From the human T2T-CHM13v2.0 reference genome, Homo sapiens, in assembly GCF_009914755.1 (NCBI RefSeq), contig NC_060928.1: a DNA stretch of 64,000 bases. The stretch is one strand, 5' to 3'. A program made the translations under genes and the position numbers. This document shows, in pieces, positions 57,261 through 64,000 of this stretch. The notes beneath the pieces were generated by a model. That model did not search any database, was not told the DNA's origin, and was given only the letters and a program-made list of their open reading frames with translations. Within the stretch, counting starts at the first letter, position 1. Each line of letters begins with the position of its first letter.

Positions 57261-57813
57261 TCTGACTACATAAAATTTTTTTATATCAGTGGCATTTAAT
57301 TTCCTTTATGTGCTTTCTTTTCAAAATATGTATTAAAACTTTTAATTTGTTACATTTCTTTAAGTTTTTTTTTTATTTTACCTTTTGCGGATGAGCTGAA
57401 AGAACGTTATAATGATATTCCTTAAAGTTATATTAGTCAAAACAGATTGATCAAGTCCTGAACGGTTCTGCTGTTAACATTGTCCAGAATATAGCCATGC
57501 CTAATTCATATTTTTTAAGTTATTTAGTGCCATTCCACTTTACCATATATACACTATTTTATGTTTAATGTACTATTTCATTATATTACATACTTCAAAG
57601 TTAGTAATTTTAGTAAACGACATAAAACCATATATCTTAATGTTACATTATCAATAAAATACTTTATAATAGTAATTAGTACCACTGTCATGCCTATTAT
57701 TACTACATTACTTCCACTGAGACACTGACTAGCCCATATTTGCTGAATGTTGCCCATGTCATCAGTACCGTTTGTAAGTGCTTTATATTTCTTAACTATT
57801 TTAATTATATTAA

Positions 57814-58715
57814 TGACACAGGACACTTTCAGTGCCGCTTTGCCAGCCAGAAACTTCTGTGGCTGGTGGCCCCTCTGCCCGGGTTTCACTCCAGCCCGCT
57901 CAACCTGGCAGGCTGCACTCGACTCGCTCCCTGGCCTGGATCCCGTGACCACCATGGCTGTGTGGTCACCATGGTCCAGCCCATGGCAGGACCAGAAGTG
58001 CCACAAGGGGCTTCCATGTCTGGGAGCCAGCATTCAGACAAGGGGAGCGCTGTGGCACCCCAAAACTCGGAGACAACAGTGACCACGGAACTCCAAAGAG
58101 GTGTCACAGATTCTGCTCGGGGAGTTCTGAGGTGTGGGCCCCCAGGAAGTGTTACAGTTCTCTCTCATTCCCGCCATTTACAGCCGAGCGAACGAGGGCG
58201 TGTCACAACTCATTCGGTCCCGCTGCCTAGATGGGCGAGCCAACCAGAAGCGTGCTGCTGCCCTTTTCACTGCCACTATGCGGCAGGTTCCAGGTTCTTG
58301 TTCTGTGACCAGAAGAATGAGGTACGTGGACACCGGTAAGAGAGCAAGACAGAGAAGAATTTCATTGAGTGACAGAAAAGCTCTCCACAATGAGAGGGGA
58401 CCCGAAGTGGGTACCCCTCTGTGTGAGAAGGAGGCCCAAAGCAGATAAATGTCTGAAAGGCTGAGTCCAGGGTTTTTATAGGTTTGCAATGAGGAGGTGT
58501 GTGCTGTAAGGTAGCCTTGGAAAAGGCAACATTTGATTGGTTAAAAAGCTTCATCCAGAAGGAATCAATAGAGAGAGAGTGGACAAACCGGAATAGAAGT
58601 TCTCACTCTGGTCCAGAAGCTTGGTTTTCAGGCAAAACGGTCTTTGGCTTGGTCAGGTTTTACCAGGGACGCCCTCCTATCTGCTTAGGAATTTGACTGT
58701 CTCCTGCTGCTATTA
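57814..58715 (-). mobile_element. LTR27/LTR28/MER52-group ERV1 solo LTR inserted in a MIR
   Basis: TGACACAGGACAC..CCAGAAACTTCTGTGGCTGGTGGC; AGAAGAATGAGGTACGTGGACA; TCTGCTTAGGAATTTGACTGTCTCCTGCTGCTATTA end; TSD TTAA/ATAA; MIR-like sequence on both flanks. Confidence 0.82.
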
Positions 58716-60007
58716 ATAACACCATGAAACTCGTTTTTCTTTTAAAAATGGAGTCTCAGAGGTTCAGGAAAGTGAAATATCTTTCCTAATCACAAATCTT
58801 CATGCGTTAGAACCAGAATATGAAATCTGATATTTCCACTTCAAAGTATACTTTATCCATGACTCCTGAAATGCCTCCCTGACAGAAAAGCCTTACAAAC
58901 GAGGCTAATAATCCAAATGAATTTTGTTTTCCTTTTTTGCTTTTCTCTTCTTTAATTTAAATATTTTGCCACAATTTTTTGAAAGTGCTTCCTTTAATAT
59001 TTTATTTTTTTTACTTTGCTATTATATTTATTTTTTCTTCTTAGGGGCCTATTTTAATAGCTCACCTAAACAGCTAAAAGAATAATAAAAAATTTTATTC
59101 CACATGTAATTAAATACTTTCATATTAAAAAATAAATGTACCACATATACTGAACATCTAGATAATTGCTTATACATTTTATTTTTCTTCCAAATTTTTT
59201 TTTCTTGATTTGAAATGAGACCTGAAAATACTTGGTCCTATTTTCTAAATTATTGTGAAAACTTAAAGGTAGCCTTCAATATCTCTTCCTAAGATTTTAA
59301 ATCTTTAATAGAAAACATATGAAATTAAATTTTGGAGCTATCTGCTAAACATTGTCTTTAAAATATTTTCAGTTTTCTATTCATTGTTCAAGGATGGAAA
59401 GTAGATCTTATGATTCTAAACTAAAACCCACAATTTATGAAATGTCTTGCATGAATTAGCTCCCATATGTTGGAAGTGTTGAGAAATACATTGCAAATTT
59501 TAAAGTCACCTACAAAACTTTAAGGACAGAAAAGTAAATCTAGTCCTCTCCCTAACTTTTTCCTGGGCCACATGCTCACCATTCCAGACAAATGAGAATC
59601 TATCCATGACTAAAAAAAATCTCCAGAGAAGATTTCTTAACGTACCCTAAAATGTTTTCACTCTCGCTTTTAGTAGAATCTCCTTATTGCTCGCTTTATT
59701 ACTGCTAGTTAAGTCTGCATCGGTTGCTCTCCTCTCTGTGGAAATGAAGAACAGCTGGCAGATATCTTCTGTGTAAAGGCATTTGAAATTCTAGAATAAA
59801 GTAATTAAAACACTTTCTTTGCCTTTGACTAACATTTTCCAGGATTTATTTGAAACTTTTATAAGTTTTTAAAGGTTTTACGTGCTTCCCGAGTCCTGGA
59901 ATACTTGTTTTTTCTGAAGCTGTATAAGATATTGCCTGAGCAGAAAAGAGTAATAGATGGTTGTATATGATTCTAATATATCATTATCTTATTTCTTTAA
60001 ATATTAT

Positions 60008-60331
60008 GGCTGGGTGTGGTGGCTCACACCTGTAATTCCAGCACTTTGGGAGGCTGAGGCAGGAGGATTGCTTGAGCCCAGGCGTTCAGGACCAGCTTGG
60101 GCAATATAGTGCGAACCTGTCTCTACAAAAAAAAAAAAAAAAAATTAGCTGGTCATGGTGACACACACCTGCAGTCCCAGATACTTGGGAAGCTGAGTTG
60201 TGAGGATTGCTTGAGCCTGGGAGATCAAGGGTGCAGTGAACTATGATCACACCACTCCACTCCAGCCTGTGTGACTAAGCAAAACTTGTCTCATAAATAA
60301 TAATAATAAAAACAAACAAACAAATAAATAA
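60008..60331 (+). mobile_element. AluJ
   Basis: GGAGGATTGCTTGAGCCCAGG diagnostics; (TAA)n/(CAAA)n tail. Confidence 0.93.
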
Positions 60332-60788
60332 ACATTGCTATCAGAGGTATGAGTCATTTATGTAAATACTCACATATTTCTTCTGCAGGTCTGAATAGGG
60401 GAAATAAAATACCAAGAAGTATTACTTCATAACTTTTGTACCAACTTCAGTTACTAAATAATTTTGTTTGGGGAATCTTATAAATTCCTCCATGAGCCTG
60501 GAATACCTTGACAGAGATTATTTCCCTCAATAACCAATAATCAGTCATTAATAGAGCCTCAGAATCTTCAAGCCCGGTCATAACCATTATTTGTAGAAGT
60601 GTTATTAGCACTGATTTCTGACATAAACTCTAATTAAATCTTGAATTTGTTTGGACAGTGATCATAAGACAAGAAATATATAAACAAAAAATGAAACCAT
60701 GAAAATAGAAGCATTTATAGAAGCTGCACTACAGCATCTAATCAGGAGGGTGAGCTGATTTTTTTTTCCCCTCAAACATATTCAAGGA

Positions 60789-61011
60789 CAGAGGTCAGCA
60801 AACATTTTCTGGAAAACAGTAGGTAGCAGATATTTTTGGCTTGGCATGCCATATGGTTTCTACTGCAGCCAGTCAACTGCAGCACTGTAGCATTAAAGCA
60901 GCCACAGCCAAAATGTAAGCAAATGCATGTTTCTGTGTTCCAATAAAACTTTATTACAAACACATGCAGCAGGCTGGATGTTGCCTGTGGGCCATAATTT
61001 CCCAGTCCCTG
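60789..61011. mobile_element. MER58A (hAT-Charlie)
   Basis: CAGAGGTCAGCAAAC ... GTGTTCCAATAAAACTTTATT ... CCCTG; 8-bp TSD TTCAAGGA/TTCTAGAA. Confidence 0.9.
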
Positions 61012-61269
61012 TTCTAGAATAAGGAGTGCCAAGACCTGCCAATATGTGCTGAACTTCCTGCTTTCCCACATTCTCTGAAATTTTTCCACTGCTGGGATTC
61101 TCCGAGGGACTAATTTTCCTCAAGAAGATAATTAAATTCCAAATCAGAAAGATGCCATGTTTCCTCTATGTGCTGTGCTTCGGCATCAACAGCAGGCATT
61201 TTCCTTGTGCTGCCTGGCTAATGTGTATCATAATCTCCCATCTCAGCATCAGATCCTCTGCCGGTTTCC

Positions 61270-62200
61270 TCCTGGTAGACTTCTCATTTTTCAAAATCAG
61301 GAGCTAAAACTAAACTTTCCCACAAATCTTCCAAGAGACTAGCATGCTGGTCCTAAATTCTGTCTCCAGTGATTGGCCATCCAAACGCTCCTATCACATC
61401 TCGCTTCTCAATTGCTCAGCCCCAAAACACCAGAGTCACTTTTCACTCTTTCCCTTTACGTCCAATTCATCAGGGAATTGTTAATAGTGCTTGAGAATAC
61501 ATGCATGCCTCACTATCCTTTACTACCTAATAGTTTGAGTCATCATTATCTCTTCTCTGAATTATTAAATCTACCATATCACCCAATCTATTTTCAATGG
61601 AGCAATTAGGTAATTTTAAAGCATAAATATAATGTCAAAATTCTCCCAGGAGTCCTCAGATCAGAGTAAAAAAGTCAAGGTCCTGCCAATGGTATACATG
61701 ACCCTGCTGTATGTGATCTGTGCCACCTCCCAACCCTTATCTCTCTAGCCTTCTATCACTCTCACCTAATCTCTGGGATCCAGCACATCAGCCTCCTTTG
61801 CTGTTTTTTGACCACACCGAGAGCACTTCCACATCAGAGCATTCCACAGCCTTATTTTTTTCTGCACTGGATGTGCCCCATCACCTCAATTTCACCAATG
61901 TTCGCACCTCTTTGTCTTCTTTAGTATAATTCCACATTCTTTGAGTCCTAACTTGGTCAATCATATATCATTGCACCCAGTCCTCCCTCGTCTCTCAAAA
62001 TCCCACCTACCCTGCCTTACTTTTTCTTTTCCTCATATCGATCATCTTCCGCAATACTATAAAATTTAAAATTGTTTTTATGTTGCATTTATTGCCATTG
62101 ACTTTCTTTAGCTGCTAAATTACAAACTCCTAAGAGTGAATATGCATCTACTTTATTCACAGATTTTTTTCCAAGCATCAGTGACAGTGCTGGACTACAC
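61270..62200 (+). mobile_element. LINE-2 fragment
   Basis: Pyrimidine-rich L2 phrases (TTGCTCAGCCCCAAAAC; CAGCCTCCTTTGCTGTTTTTTGACCAC; TTTATTCACAGA..CAGTGCTGGACTACACAG). Confidence 0.7.
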
Positions 62201-62486
62201 AGTGGAGGAACCTCGAAAACATTTTGCTAAGTAAAAGAAGCTGGACAAAAAATGGTCACATGCTGTGTGATTCCATTTATATAAAATATCCAGCATAGGG
62301 GAAATCTATAAAGATAGAAAATTGATGCTTGACAGGGGCTGGGGAAACGGAGATTGTGGAATAAATGCTTGATACGCATGGGATTTCTAGAGAGGTGGTG
62401 ATTGTACAACATTGTGAATCTACAGAATGTCACTGAATGGTTCACTTTAAAATGGTTAATTTTATGTTATGTGAATTCCCCCTCCA
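62201..62486 (+). mobile_element. L1MB-type 3' end
   Basis: GAACCTCGAAAACATTTTGCTAAGT; GATTCCATTTATATAAAATATCCAG; CACTTTAAAATGGTTAATTTTATGTTATGTGAATT. Confidence 0.85.
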
Positions 62487-63088
62487 TTTTTGAAAATTAC
62501 AAGAAATAAATTTTTATGTAATGCCTTCACCTGTAGAGACACTTATTAGCAAAAGTTCACATGCTTTGGGAATAGAGTGGATGTAATCTGAAGCTAGGGA
62601 TTGCTAGAGAGGCAGTGCATGTGACAATCACATGGCGTTGAATAACTGAAAGGACTCACGGGGCTCCAAGTTATGCCCTAAATGACACTTTACCTTCATC
62701 ATTGCCCTCCGTTCACAAATGCATACATGATTTATAAGCATTGGGGCACATGATTTTATAAGGAGTTGTAAAAGCAGGAGATAGTCTAACCACTATGTAT
62801 GGACACCTTTTTGAAAAGGGCATTTATTAGTTTAAAAGTTACATATTTTCCACGTCCCTGCTATTGAACAAAGTCCTCTGTTTTGGGAAGCAACACATCC
62901 TACTTACTCCCTAAGAATGCACCCTGTGTAATAGATAAAACCTGCAAAATGGAAACCAAAAGAGAGGGTGACATTAGAATCATTGTAATTGTTCATCCGG
63001 TATCATCAAGATATATCAGAAACGTTGATTACTCTGAATTGAATATTTCTTAAATCTTCGCCATACCAATTTAGACCATTAACTTTAG

Positions 63089-63433
<345 letters not shown>

Positions 63434-64000
63434 TGACATCTCTTAATATAGTGACTACTATTATTTATTCTCTATGATGTTATGAAGATTACCACTTTTT
63501 ATCTTGTCTGTTGAGATTTTCTTTTCCTTCTCCATTCAATATACAACCTTGAACAGTTGCAATACAGCTGCCTTCAGTTTGAATTTCAGCCCTCTATTCC
63601 TTACTACCCTCTGTAAACCATGCCACTCTGTCATATTCTGGTAAACAGTTATAAAAAGTGGTGCCTTCAGATATTAATTAGATAAATAACCAGGAAGGCC
63701 TAATGTAGAGCTCAAAGGCTAAGAGCTTCTTCTTTAATTACGATAGTTGTCCTCAAAGGTGCCCTGACATAGATTGTTGTACATACCCTTTCTATTTTAG
63801 GATGCATTTCCCTTCCTTACAGAATGTTGTTCTGATATAACCCATGACATTATGGAGTTTTCAGGTGTTAAAATAATTTTATGTCTTTATGTAACATTAA
63901 CAATTTCAACTGAAGTTCAATAATAGGCTAGCAATTGTCTTTTAAAAAGTTATGCCTGGAGGTAAACCCAGATAATTTCTAATCCCAAATCCCCACAATA

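Noticed and set aside
57740-58339. Longest ORF (199 aa) and overlapping ORFs
   Set aside because: It lies almost entirely in a GC-rich LTR where stops are rare, has no ATG start and shows no recognisable domain.

Overview
AT-rich primate (human-like) genomic DNA, intergenic or deep intronic, made up largely of transposable-element debris. I find no supportable host protein-coding exon, rRNA, tRNA or CRISPR array. The listed ORFs are chance frames, Alu/LTR-derived, or retroviral relics. The main structure is a decayed ~8.3 kb class I (gammaretrovirus-like, ERV1) provirus on the minus strand (~44039-52359). It has two homologous LTRs (~25% diverged by hand count), a degenerate tRNA-Arg-type PBS, a leader splice donor and recognisable gag-pro-RT-RNaseH-IN motifs, but no env. 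Three elements are nested inside it: an Alu, an LTR15-like solo LTR and an MLT1A-like LTR. The rest of the window holds about 13 further Alus or Alu fragments, many solo LTRs (several with intact TSDs), DNA transposon relics, and old L1, L2 and MIR fragments. I did not find a convincing previously undescribed system. The best leads are the ancient provirus with its insertion stratigraphy and two non-repeat motif clusters (three phased E-boxes; a PBX/MEIS+CCAAT+AP-1 cluster). Subfamily names come from remembered consensus sequences, and boundaries without TSDs are approximate.
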